Below are positions 1 to 6,595 of a stretch of DNA of 12,293 nt, piece after piece; positions within the stretch are counted from its first letter, which is position 1, and the number at the start of each line of letters is the position of its first letter. The DNA lies in the NCBI GenBank assembly GCA_046290225.1, contig JBKAGE010000072.1:99764-112056 (forward strand), read 5' to 3'. The position numbers and the translations under genes were made by a program. The notes below the pieces were generated by a model, which saw only the letters and a list, made by a program, of their open reading frames with translations, had not been told where the DNA came from and did not search any database. The DNA comes from Bradymonadia bacterium. GTDB taxonomy: Bacteria; Myxococcota_A; Bradymonadia; UBA7976; UBA1532.

Positions 1-238
1 CTGACCTCTCCGGTCGGGGCGACACCATCGACGCCTCCCTCGACGGCCACCCGGCCGTCCCCAGGGGAGGCCACGTGACCAGAGAGTTGGGTGCCAGTGT
101 TGGGGGCCAACAGGGCCGCGATGAGCAGGAGGCCGGCGCTCAAGTGGATGTTCCTCTCGTGCAGGTGGCGATTCTTATCAACGGACACGACGTCGAGAGC
201 ATCGTATACATTGAGCCGTATTTGTCTTTGGAGCACTC

Positions 239-1318
239 GTGGCAGACATCTTCCAGCGTAAACGTGATCACATCGCCCTCTCTCACACCGGTGACGTCGG
301 TCATGGCCAGCACCGCGGGCTCTTCGAGCACGTGCACCTCGTGCATCAGGCCATCCCTGAGTTGTCGATGGACGCCCTCGACCTCACCACCCCCTTCGGC
401 CACCGCGAGCTCTCGGCCCCCCTCATGCTCACGGGCATGACCGGCGGCCCGCCAGAAGCCGGTGACATCAATCGGGATCTCGCCCGCATCTGCGACGCCC
501 TCGGCCTCGCCTTCGGGGTGGGCAGCCAGCGGGTGATGACCCGGGCCGACGTGGCCACGCCCACGTTCCAGGTCCGCAGCCACGCCCCCAACGTGGTGCT
601 CCTCGGCAACGTGGGCATCAATCAGGCCCGGGACATGGGCACTCAGGCGGTGAAGGATCTGATGGAGGCCATCGAGGCCGACTTCATGGCGATCCACCTC
701 AACCCCGCCATGGAGCTGGTCCAGCCCGGCGCCGACGCAGATCGCGACTTTCGGGAGGGCTACGACACCCTCGGCCGCCTCATGGAGGCCCTCGACGGCC
801 ACATCGTGGTGAAGGAGTGTGGCTCGGGCATCAGCCCCGCGGTCATGTCCCGCCTCGTTTCCCTCGGCGTGCCCCTCGTAGACGTAAGCGGCAGCGGCGG
901 CACCAGCTGGGTGAAGGTAGAGGCGCTGCGGGCTCAGGGCCCCCTCGCCGATCTCGGACTCACCTTCGCCGACTGGGGGATCCCCACCGCCGCCGCCGTG
1001 GCCCTCGCCGCTGACGCCAGAGCTCAGGTTTCGGCCTCGAAGACGCAGATCATCGCCAGCGGCGGCATCGCCAACGGTCTCACCGCCACCAAAGCCCTGG
1101 CCCTCGGCGCCGACATCGCCGGGATGGCCCGGCCCGCTCTACAGGCGTACATGGATCACGGCGTCGAAGGGGCGACCACGTTTCTGAAGACGGTGATCTC
1201 CGGGGTCCGCATGGGCATGGCGCTCACCGGCTCTCGACGGCCGGAAGAGGTCCGCACGGCGTCGAAGATCATCACAGGCGATCTGCAGGCGTGGGTGCAG
1301 CAAGGCCGCCTTGGATGA
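239..1318 (+). CDS. fni: Type 2 (FMN-dependent) isopentenyl-diphosphate delta-isomerase
   Basis: GTG start at 239 with GGAG 7 nt upstream (228-231). N-terminus ...QRKRDHIAL... matches the conserved IDI-2 N-terminal R-K-x-D/E-H-I motif. Glycine-rich FMN/TIM-barrel motifs are present (VSGSGGTSW, IASGGIANG). The 359 aa length is typical for IDI-2. TGA stop at 1316-1318. Confidence 0.9.
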   Translation: MADIFQRKRDHIALSHTGDVGHGQHRGLFEHVHLVHQAIPELSMDALDLTTPFGHRELSAPLMLTGMTGGPPEAGDINRDLARICDALGLAFGVGSQRVMTRADVATPTFQVRSHAPNVVLLGNVGINQARDMGTQAVKDLMEAIEADFMAIHLNPAMELVQPGADADRDFREGYDTLGRLMEALDGHIVVKECGSGISPAVMSRLVSLGVPLVDVSGSGGTSWVKVEALRAQGPLADLGLTFADWGIPTAAAVALAADARAQVSASKTQIIASGGIANGLTATKALALGADIAGMARPALQAYMDHGVEGATTFLKTVISGVRMGMALTGSRRPEEVRTASKIITGDLQAWVQQGRLG

Positions 1319-1376
1319 GACATAGAATAAAATCGATATATCGGAGTCTACGCCGGAGTTTTCCACCAGGGCGACC

Positions 1377-2321
1377 TTGCGCCACGAGGCTCCTCAGATG
1401 ACCTTCAGCATCCCTACACTCGCATGTCTCGGTCTCGCCCTGCCTCTCGCTGCTCATGCAGAGGTGTGTGTCTCGGTGGACACGCAGGCCGACACCCTCA
1501 ACCCTGAAGAGCGCAAGGCCGCTGTCTTGCTGGCCCGTGGAGTCTTCGAAGACGCCGGCGAGTCGGTGGTCGACGCCCCGTGTCAGGCCGAGTATCGCCT
1601 CAGCAACGTGCGGCTGGGCACGCTCATCACTGCCCGCATCTCGGGGCCCAAGGGCACCAGCAAAGGCCAAGCCCAGTCTCTCGAAGAGCTCGGCGCCGTG
1701 TACGCGCGCTTGATCCCGAATTTGTTGTCCTCCGAGGCCGAAGCGGTCTCGGCGGCGACCTCGACGAAACAGAGCGCGCCGAGGGTCCGCGAGCGGGACG
1801 TGTGGTACATGCAGATCGGCGGGGGTCGACTGATCAGCGAAGACGCCGGCATGGGGGTGGTGAGGTTTGGGATGGGCAACCGCATCGACATGTCGGCCAA
1901 CATCGCGCTGGATTTCTCTGGCAGGGCGATCTTCGACACGGGGTCCGAAGAAGACAACGAGAGGGCTGGCGCTGGCGCCCTCGACGTCGGTGTCCGCGCC
2001 ATGGGCCTCTTCTTTCTCAACGACAGAGGCGATGGCAGCCCCTTCGCCGGCGCGGGCCTTGGCTACAACGTCACCTTTCTCGAGCACGCAGACGAGAGCT
2101 ACTCGGGCCATGGCCTCACAGCTGAGCTGTCTATGGGGTACGCGCTCTTCAGAACCTCACGAGGGAGTGTGTTTGCGCAACTCGACGCCACCTTGCCACT
2201 CTATTCAGTCGAGACAGATCAACTGAACGAGCTGATCGGCGTCGAGAGCGAAGACACCCTCACGCAGTACGCCCCCACCGTCACCCTCTCGCTGGGCTTC
2301 GGTTTCGACACCACCCGTTGA
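1377..2321 (+). CDS. Hypothetical secreted / outer-membrane-like protein with a signal peptide, inserted between fni and HMG-CoA reductase
   Basis: ORF 1377-2321 in the six-frame track. The TTG at 1377 (AGGG 6 nt upstream) gives n-region MRHEAPQ, a hydrophobic core MTFSIPTLACLGLALPLA and an AHA|E cleavage site. An alternative ATG start at 1398 (GAGG 8 nt upstream) gives a signal peptide without the charged n-region. The mature protein is Gly/Ser/Ala/Asp-rich, has alternating hydrophobic patterns and ends ...LSLGFGFDTTR, which is beta-barrel-like. I recognise no catalytic motif. Confidence 0.55.
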   Translation: MRHEAPQMTFSIPTLACLGLALPLAAHAEVCVSVDTQADTLNPEERKAAVLLARGVFEDAGESVVDAPCQAEYRLSNVRLGTLITARISGPKGTSKGQAQSLEELGAVYARLIPNLLSSEAEAVSAATSTKQSAPRVRERDVWYMQIGGGRLISEDAGMGVVRFGMGNRIDMSANIALDFSGRAIFDTGSEEDNERAGAGALDVGVRAMGLFFLNDRGDGSPFAGAGLGYNVTFLEHADESYSGHGLTAELSMGYALFRTSRGSVFAQLDATLPLYSVETDQLNELIGVESEDTLTQYAPTVTLSLGFGFDTTR

Positions 2322-2373
2322 CATCGCTTGGCACTCTCTGCACCTTCTGCTCGATCTGCACAGGAGCATCTCA

Positions 2374-3654
2374 ATGGCCGACAGCCGGATCCCGGGCTTC
2401 TACACCCTGCCTTTGTCCGAGCGCCACGAGGCGCTGAGCGAGCGCTTCGACCTCGACGAGGCTGATCTCGATCTGCTCCGCGCCGGCGGCGGCCTGCCCT
2501 TCGAGCGGGCCGACAAGATGGTGGAGAACTGCATCGGGGTCTTCGGCCTGCCCATCGGCCTGGGCCTGAACTTCACCATCAATGATCGCGACTACGCTGT
2601 GCCCATGGTGGTGGAAGAGCCTTCAGTGGTGGCGGCGGTGAGCAACATGGCCCGCACGGTCCGCAAGGCCGGGGGCTTCACCGCTGAGGCCGACGAGGGG
2701 GTGATGATCGCCCAGGTGCAGGTGGTCGACGTGCCCGATCTCGACGCCGGGGTGCAGGCCCTGCAGGCCGCCGAAGATCACATCCTCGCCAAAGCCAACG
2801 CGGTCCACCCCAATATGGCAGCCCGGGGGGGTGGGGCGCAGGCCATCGAGGTCCGTCGCTTCGACGAGCCCTGGCCCATGCTGGTGTTGCACCTTCTGGT
2901 GGACTGCTCCGACGCCATGGGGGCCAACGCGGTGAACGCCATGGCCGAGGGCGTTGCCCCGCTGGTGGCCGATCTCACCGGGGGTCGAGTCTACCTGCGC
3001 ATCTTGAGCAACCTCGCTGATCGTCGTCGGGCTCGGGCCATGTGCAAGATCCCCGTTGGCCTGATGGCGGGCAACGGCTTCGACGGTGCCAGCGTCGCCG
3101 AAGGGGTGGTGCAGGCCTGGCGCTTCGCAGCTGTGGATCCGTACCGCGCCGCCACCCACAACAAGGGGGTGATGAACGGCATCGACGCCGTGGCCATCGC
3201 CACGGGGAACGACTGGCGCGGGGTCGAGGCCGGCGCCCACGCCTTCGCCGCCCGCGATGGCCGCTACACCTCTCTCACAGAGTGGTGGCTCGAAGACGGT
3301 CACCTCTGCGGCGGCATCGATCTGCCCATGGCCGTGGGCACTGTCGGCGGGAGCACCAAGGTGCACCCGGTGCTGGCGGTGCTGCGCAAAATCCTCGGGG
3401 TAGAGTCGGCGAAGGAGCTGGCCATGGTGATGGCCTGTGTGGGCCTGTCACAGAACCTCGGCGCCCTGCGGGCTCTGGCCACCGAGGGCATCCAGCGCGG
3501 TCACATGTCTCTCCACGCCCGCTCCGTGGCCCTCGCCGTAGGGGCCAGCGAGACCGAGGTGGATCACGTGGCCCGACAGCTGGTGGCCCGGGGCAAGGTG
3601 AAGCACGACGAGGCGGCGGCGATCCTCGCCGACCTCCGCGCCACGGGCCGCTGA
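2374..3654 (+). CDS. mvaA: Class II (bacterial, Pseudomonas mevalonii MvaA-type) HMG-CoA reductase
   Basis: ATG at 2374 with CAGGAG 10 nt upstream. The 426 aa product aligns by eye along its whole length with class II HMGR. Matching blocks: ENCIGVFGLPIGLGLNFTIND, VPMVVEEPSVVAA, DAMGANAVNAMAE, RILSNLADRRRARA, AAVDPYRAATHNKGVMNGIDAVAIATGNDWRGVEAGAHA, ALATEGIQRGHMSLHAR. The last block contains the catalytic His of class II enzymes. Confidence 0.93.
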   Translation: MADSRIPGFYTLPLSERHEALSERFDLDEADLDLLRAGGGLPFERADKMVENCIGVFGLPIGLGLNFTINDRDYAVPMVVEEPSVVAAVSNMARTVRKAGGFTAEADEGVMIAQVQVVDVPDLDAGVQALQAAEDHILAKANAVHPNMAARGGGAQAIEVRRFDEPWPMLVLHLLVDCSDAMGANAVNAMAEGVAPLVADLTGGRVYLRILSNLADRRRARAMCKIPVGLMAGNGFDGASVAEGVVQAWRFAAVDPYRAATHNKGVMNGIDAVAIATGNDWRGVEAGAHAFAARDGRYTSLTEWWLEDGHLCGGIDLPMAVGTVGGSTKVHPVLAVLRKILGVESAKELAMVMACVGLSQNLGALRALATEGIQRGHMSLHARSVALAVGASETEVDHVARQLVARGKVKHDEAAAILADLRATGR

Positions 3655-3657
3655 CCC

Positions 3658-4611
3658 ATGACGACTCCTCGGCGAGGCACCGGCGCCGCGCCGGGCAAGG
3701 TCATCCTCTTCGGCGAGCACTCCGTGGTGCATGGCCAGCCGGCCATCGCCGCCGCCCTGGGCATCGGCCTCGGCGCCACCGCCACGGCGGGCGAGGGGCC
3801 ACCACAACTGAGCATCCCTGCATGGCAACAACAGATTCAGCTCAAAGCCAGCGGCGCCGGCTTCGACGCCCTGGACCGCGGCTTCGCCGCAGCGCTCGAA
3901 GCGGTGGGCCTCGATCCGACCCGTACAGCGGTGAAGGTCACCGTCGACGGTGAGCTGCCCCCGAGCGTGGGCCTCGGCAGCAGCGCCGCCTTCGCCGTGG
4001 CCCTGGTCCGGGCGCTCTCGAGCTTCGCTGGCGAACGCCTGAGCACTGATCGAGTCAGAGCTGCTGCAGAGCAGGTCGAGCGGGTGTTCCACGGCACCCC
4101 CAGCGGCCTCGACCACACCGTGGCCACCCTCGGCGGGTGTCTGCACTACCTGCGCACATCTGAAGGCCCACAATTCACCCCCATCACCCTGGCCCGGCCG
4201 ATCCCGGTGGTGGTCAGCTGGAGCCCACGGCGCGGGAGCACCCGCCAGGCAGTGTCCCACGTGGGCGCCCGGGCTGCCCGCTGGCCCGATCTGTACGGCC
4301 CGGTGCTCGAGGCCATGGGCCGTATCGCTCGAGAGGGCCAGGCAGCCCTCGAGGCTGGTGATCTGGCGCGCATCGGCGCCCTGTTCGACATCAACCATGG
4401 TCACCTGAACGCCCTCGGCGTGAGCAACGCCGACAACGAGCGCCTCGTGGCCATCGCCCGAGAGGCAGGGGCCCTCGGCGCCAAGCTCACAGGTGCAGGG
4501 CTCGGTGGCGCCGTCATCGCCGTCGCCCCGGAAGATCCCACACCGCTGCTCGAGGCTTTCGAGGCTGCCCGTTGTCCTGCCTTCGCCACCACAGTGGGCC
4601 GCGGCGATTGA
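3658..4611 (+). CDS. mvk: Mevalonate kinase (GHMP kinase family)
   Basis: ATG at 3658, 3 nt after the mvaA stop (TGAcccATG). GHMP motif 1 PGKVILFGEHSVVHG, motif 2 PPSVGLGSSAAFAVALVRAL and motif 3 KLTGAGLGGAVIAV are present. The 317 aa length is typical for bacterial MVK. Confidence 0.9.
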   Translation: MTTPRRGTGAAPGKVILFGEHSVVHGQPAIAAALGIGLGATATAGEGPPQLSIPAWQQQIQLKASGAGFDALDRGFAAALEAVGLDPTRTAVKVTVDGELPPSVGLGSSAAFAVALVRALSSFAGERLSTDRVRAAAEQVERVFHGTPSGLDHTVATLGGCLHYLRTSEGPQFTPITLARPIPVVVSWSPRRGSTRQAVSHVGARAARWPDLYGPVLEAMGRIAREGQAALEAGDLARIGALFDINHGHLNALGVSNADNERLVAIAREAGALGAKLTGAGLGGAVIAVAPEDPTPLLEAFEAARCPAFATTVGRGD

Positions 4612-5297
4612 TGAACCTCTGGCACCGGAGCCTCCTGGCGGCGCTCTGCCTTCTCTGCCCTGCCCTCACCTGGGCCGAGGGACCTTCAGAGAGCGCCCGC
4701 CATGCCACCACCCGGCTCTCCGGTGGGTACCTCAGCGGCCAATGGCGGCTGAGCGAGCGGCCCGAGCGCCTGCGGGCCGAGGGCCTCGTCTTCGGCGCCC
4801 GGCATCTCTGGGGTGACGCCGACGCACAGTGGCAACTCACCCTCGCCGGCCGTCGCTTGACGCTGACCCCCCAAGAAGACGGCGCTCGAGAGACATGGTG
4901 GGCCACATCCGCCCACGGTGGCTGGCGTGGCCGCTGGATCGCCTTTGAGTTGGGCGTACAGTGGTTCGAGGGTGCTGATGAAGCGTCGAACATTCTCCCC
5001 TCAGGGCGCCTGCGCCTTGGCCCCGAGTCGGCCTGGCTCGAAGTGTCGAGTGGAGACTGGGCTGCCCCCGTCCCCGTCCCCGGTCAGCATCGCGTGGGCG
5101 CGTCGGCGGCAGTGGGCCCCGGCCGTCTATGGGTGGGCGGCACCCTCGACGGACCAGATCCTGTCGCAGCGGTGCTCGCTGGCACCATCCCGCTCGGAGA
5201 GCGACTCCAGTTCGGGGTCTCGGCCTCGATGGCGCCGCGAGATGCAGATGACTTCACCCTCATCATGGCTCAACTCAGCGGAGGGCTGGACTGGTAG
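4611..5297 (+). CDS. Hypothetical secreted / outer-membrane-like Trp-rich protein, translationally coupled to mvk
   Basis: ATG at 4611-4613 overlaps the mvk TGA (4609-4611) as TGATG. N-terminus MNLWHRSLLAALCLLCPALTWA|EGP is a classical type I signal peptide with no lipobox. The 228 aa product is Trp/Gly/Arg-rich and ends ...QLSGGLDW, a C-terminal aromatic residue as in outer-membrane beta-barrels. The longer track ORF starting at 4572 would overlap mvk by 40 nt and is less likely. Confidence 0.6.
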   Translation: MNLWHRSLLAALCLLCPALTWAEGPSESARHATTRLSGGYLSGQWRLSERPERLRAEGLVFGARHLWGDADAQWQLTLAGRRLTLTPQEDGARETWWATSAHGGWRGRWIAFELGVQWFEGADEASNILPSGRLRLGPESAWLEVSSGDWAAPVPVPGQHRVGASAAVGPGRLWVGGTLDGPDPVAAVLAGTIPLGERLQFGVSASMAPRDADDFTLIMAQLSGGLDW

Positions 5298-5323
5298 AGC
5301 AGCCGTTAGAAGTCCGCTCTACC
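5293..5323 (+). other. 8-bp stem-loop overlapping the stop codon of the 4611-5297 gene
   Basis: GGTAGAGC (5293-5300) pairs with GCTCTACC (5316-5323) around a 15-nt loop, and the TAG stop at 5295-5297 lies inside the stem. No U-tract follows. It could be a stabilising 3' hairpin or an attenuator ahead of the NYN-CSD gene, which starts 91 nt downstream at 5414. Confidence 0.3.
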
Positions 5324-5413
5324 TGCGTCCAGCCTTTCACTGATCATCAGCAACATCCGATTGATTCAGTGTGATACAAGTCCGCGCTCACAACTCGAAA
5401 AGGAACCCTACCC

Positions 5414-6175
5414 ATGTTGAAAGCGGGTGTTTACGTCGACGCCGAGAACGTCGCACGCTGTGGGGGGTGGGGCATGCGTTTCGATATCTTGCGACAGTTC
5501 ATCGAGGCTCAAGGCGTACGGGTGCTCCGAGCCAATGTCTACCTCGCGGTGGATCAGGAGAGAGAAGAGAAGGACTGGCTCTACCGCGACAAGAAGCTGG
5601 CCTACCGGGCGGTCCTGAGGCGCCAGGGCTACAAAGTGGTCCCCAAATTCGTCAAACGCTACCGCAACGAAGAAGGCGAGCTGGTCACCAAGGCCAACGC
5701 AGATCTCGACCTCGCCGTCGACGCCCTGCTGCAAGCACAGCGCCTCGACTACATGATGCTGGTGAGCGGCGATGGCGACTTCGTACGGCTGGTGAACGCC
5801 CTGCAAAACTTCGGCTGTCGGGTGGACGCCCTCGGCTTCCACAACGTCTCCAGGGCCTTGCGCGACGCCGTGGACACCTACCACTCGGGCTTCTTCGTGC
5901 CCGAGCTGCTGCCCACCACGGATGATCGTCTGCGCGGCTTCATGCACAGCGTCGACGAAGAAAAATACTTCGGCTGGATCACCACCTGGGGCGACTTGAG
6001 CCCCGAGAGCGTGAGCACTGACATCTTCGTGCACGGAAACGACGTGGAGGGCGGCACCCTGAGCAATGGGCAGTTCGCCAACCTCAAGGTGCATCAGACG
6101 CCCATCGAGTTCACCCTCGACGTGAACGACGAGGGCCAGCCGCGGGCGGTGGACGTGAAGATTCTGCGGCCATGA
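5414..6175 (+). CDS. NYN-domain (LabA-like, PIN-fold RNase) protein with a C-terminal cold-shock/OB-fold-like domain
   Basis: ATG at 5414 with AAGGAA upstream. The N-terminal ~160 aa show the NYN/LabA signature: VYVDAENV near the N-terminus, then ADLDLAVDALLQA and MMLVSGDGDFVRLV, with conserved acidic residues of a PIN-like nuclease. The C-terminal ~70 aa (YFGWITTW..DIFVHGNDVEG..GQFANLKV..GQPRAVDVKIL) parallel the CspA pattern (KGFGFI..DVFVHFSAI..GQKVSF..GPAAGNVTSL). That pattern is an OB-fold nucleic-acid-binding domain. The long antisense ORF 5408-6337 is rejected. Confidence 0.78.
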   Translation: MLKAGVYVDAENVARCGGWGMRFDILRQFIEAQGVRVLRANVYLAVDQEREEKDWLYRDKKLAYRAVLRRQGYKVVPKFVKRYRNEEGELVTKANADLDLAVDALLQAQRLDYMMLVSGDGDFVRLVNALQNFGCRVDALGFHNVSRALRDAVDTYHSGFFVPELLPTTDDRLRGFMHSVDEEKYFGWITTWGDLSPESVSTDIFVHGNDVEGGTLSNGQFANLKVHQTPIEFTLDVNDEGQPRAVDVKILRP

Positions 6176-6177
6176 TG

Positions 6178-6328
6178 CTGTGAGCGGACGGCCGTGCCTT
6201 CGGCAACGCCTGTAGCGGACGACCCAGCAAAAGCTTTCGCTTCGCTGCGTCTGTAGCGGACGCCTCGCCTTCGGCGAGAGCTGTAGCGGACGCTCATTTG
6301 CCTCCGGCAAATTCCCTGTAGCTTTTTT
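6178..6328. repeat. Left arm of the hairpin-module repeat array: 5 copies of the CTGTAGCGGACG motif on the + strand
   Basis: Read directly from the sequence. Motif copies lie at 6178-6190 (CTGTGAGCGGACG), 6209-6221, 6251-6262, 6281-6292 and a truncated 6315-6322 (CTGTAGC) followed by T6 (6323-6328). Each inter-motif spacer holds its own short perfect hairpin: TGCC-TTC-GGCA (6195-6205), CAGC..GCTG around an AAAGCTTT palindrome (6225-6247), CTCGCC-TTC-GGCGAG (6264-6278), ATTTGCC-TCC-GGCAAAT (6296-6312). Confidence 0.85.
6296..6328 (+). terminator. Weak intrinsic-terminator-like element for the + strand NYN-CSD gene
   Basis: A 7-bp hairpin ATTTGCC(TCC)GGCAAAT at 6296-6312 is followed 10 nt later by TTTTTT (6323-6328). 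The hairpin-to-U-tract distance is longer than canonical, so this is weak. Confidence 0.3.
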
Positions 6329-6447
6329 GAAGATCACTTTGGGGGCGTGGGCTCATCTACCGCGAACGTTGTGACCCAATGACGCACCAGCTCCGGCGTA
6401 AGCCCCAACCTGGGCTGAGAAGCCCACCAAGTGCAGCATAACTCTCT

Positions 6448-6479
6448 AAAAAAGCTACAGCCCAGGCTGCCGGAGGCAG
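6448..6479 (-). terminator. Weak intrinsic-terminator-like element for the - strand flavoprotein/Fe-S membrane operon
   Basis: On the - strand a 5-bp hairpin CTGCC(TCC)GGCAG (6479-6467) is followed by ~13 nt and then TTTTTT (the complement of A6 at 6448-6453). It faces the + strand element across the 119-bp core. Confidence 0.3.
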
Positions 6480-6593
6480 ACTCGGCGTCCGCTACAGCTC
6501 TGCAAGGCGAAGCCGAAGCAGGCGTCCGCTACAGGCGGTGCGCAGCACGGCCGTCCGCTCCAGACGCAGCGAAGCTGGGTCGTCCGCTCAACA
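6448..6593. repeat. Right arm of the array: 5 copies of the same motif on the - strand, in mirror-image order
   Basis: The reverse-complement motif CGTCCGCTACAG lies at 6486-6497 and 6523-6534. Variants CGTCCGCTCCAG lie at 6552-6563 and CGTCCGCTCAACA at 6581-6593. The truncated copy A6-GCTACAG is at 6448-6460. Spacer hairpins read on the - strand are CTGCC-TCC-GGCAG (6467-6479), GGC-TTC-GCC / GC-TTCG-GC composite (6498-6521), GTGC-TGC-GCAC (6538-6548) and CAGC-TTC-GCTG (6567-6577). The outermost units of the two arms are near-identical (GAGCGGACGGCCGTGC, GAGCGGACGACCCAGC). Confidence 0.85.
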
Positions 6594-6595
6594 CC

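Noticed and set aside
1-238. Possible 3' end of an upstream + strand gene (frame 1 open from position 1 to TGA at 76-78), or a - strand gene running off the left edge
   Set aside because: Only ~25 codons of Pro/Thr/Ser-rich low-complexity sequence are visible and no start can be seen. Several frames are open here simply because of GC content. There is too little information to call.
140-802. 220-aa - strand ORF, and many other long antisense or alternate-frame ORFs, for example 75-440 +, 1272-2111 -, 1580-2125 +, 2623-3366 -, 3042-3953 +, 3448-4404 -, 4514-4993 -, 5408-6337 -, 6431-7087 +, 7088-7606 +, 8011-8499 +, 8602-9222 +, 9457-10122 +, 9869-10486 -, 10126-10809 +, 10677-11126 +
   Set aside because: Each overlaps, on the opposite strand or in another frame, a gene with clear family motifs (IDI-2, HMGR, MVK, NYN, Fe-S membrane protein, flavoprotein, PMK, MVD). 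Their translations are Arg/Pro/Gly/Ala-rich low-complexity strings, typical of stop-codon-poor frames in GC-rich DNA.
1343-1353. 11-mer GGAGTCTACGC shared between the fni-downstream spacer (1343-1353) and the flavoprotein upstream region (9464-9474) as a possible common operator
   Set aside because: Among the tens of millions of position pairs in a 12-kb window, several exact 11-mer coincidences are expected by chance. There is no surrounding extended similarity or palindromic symmetry.
1319-1376. AT-rich palindrome CGATATATCG with a TAGAAT hexamer after fni, as a promoter or operator for the secreted-protein gene
   Set aside because: It is plausible as a -10-like element, but no matching -35 at proper spacing could be identified. 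It is left unannotated rather than called.
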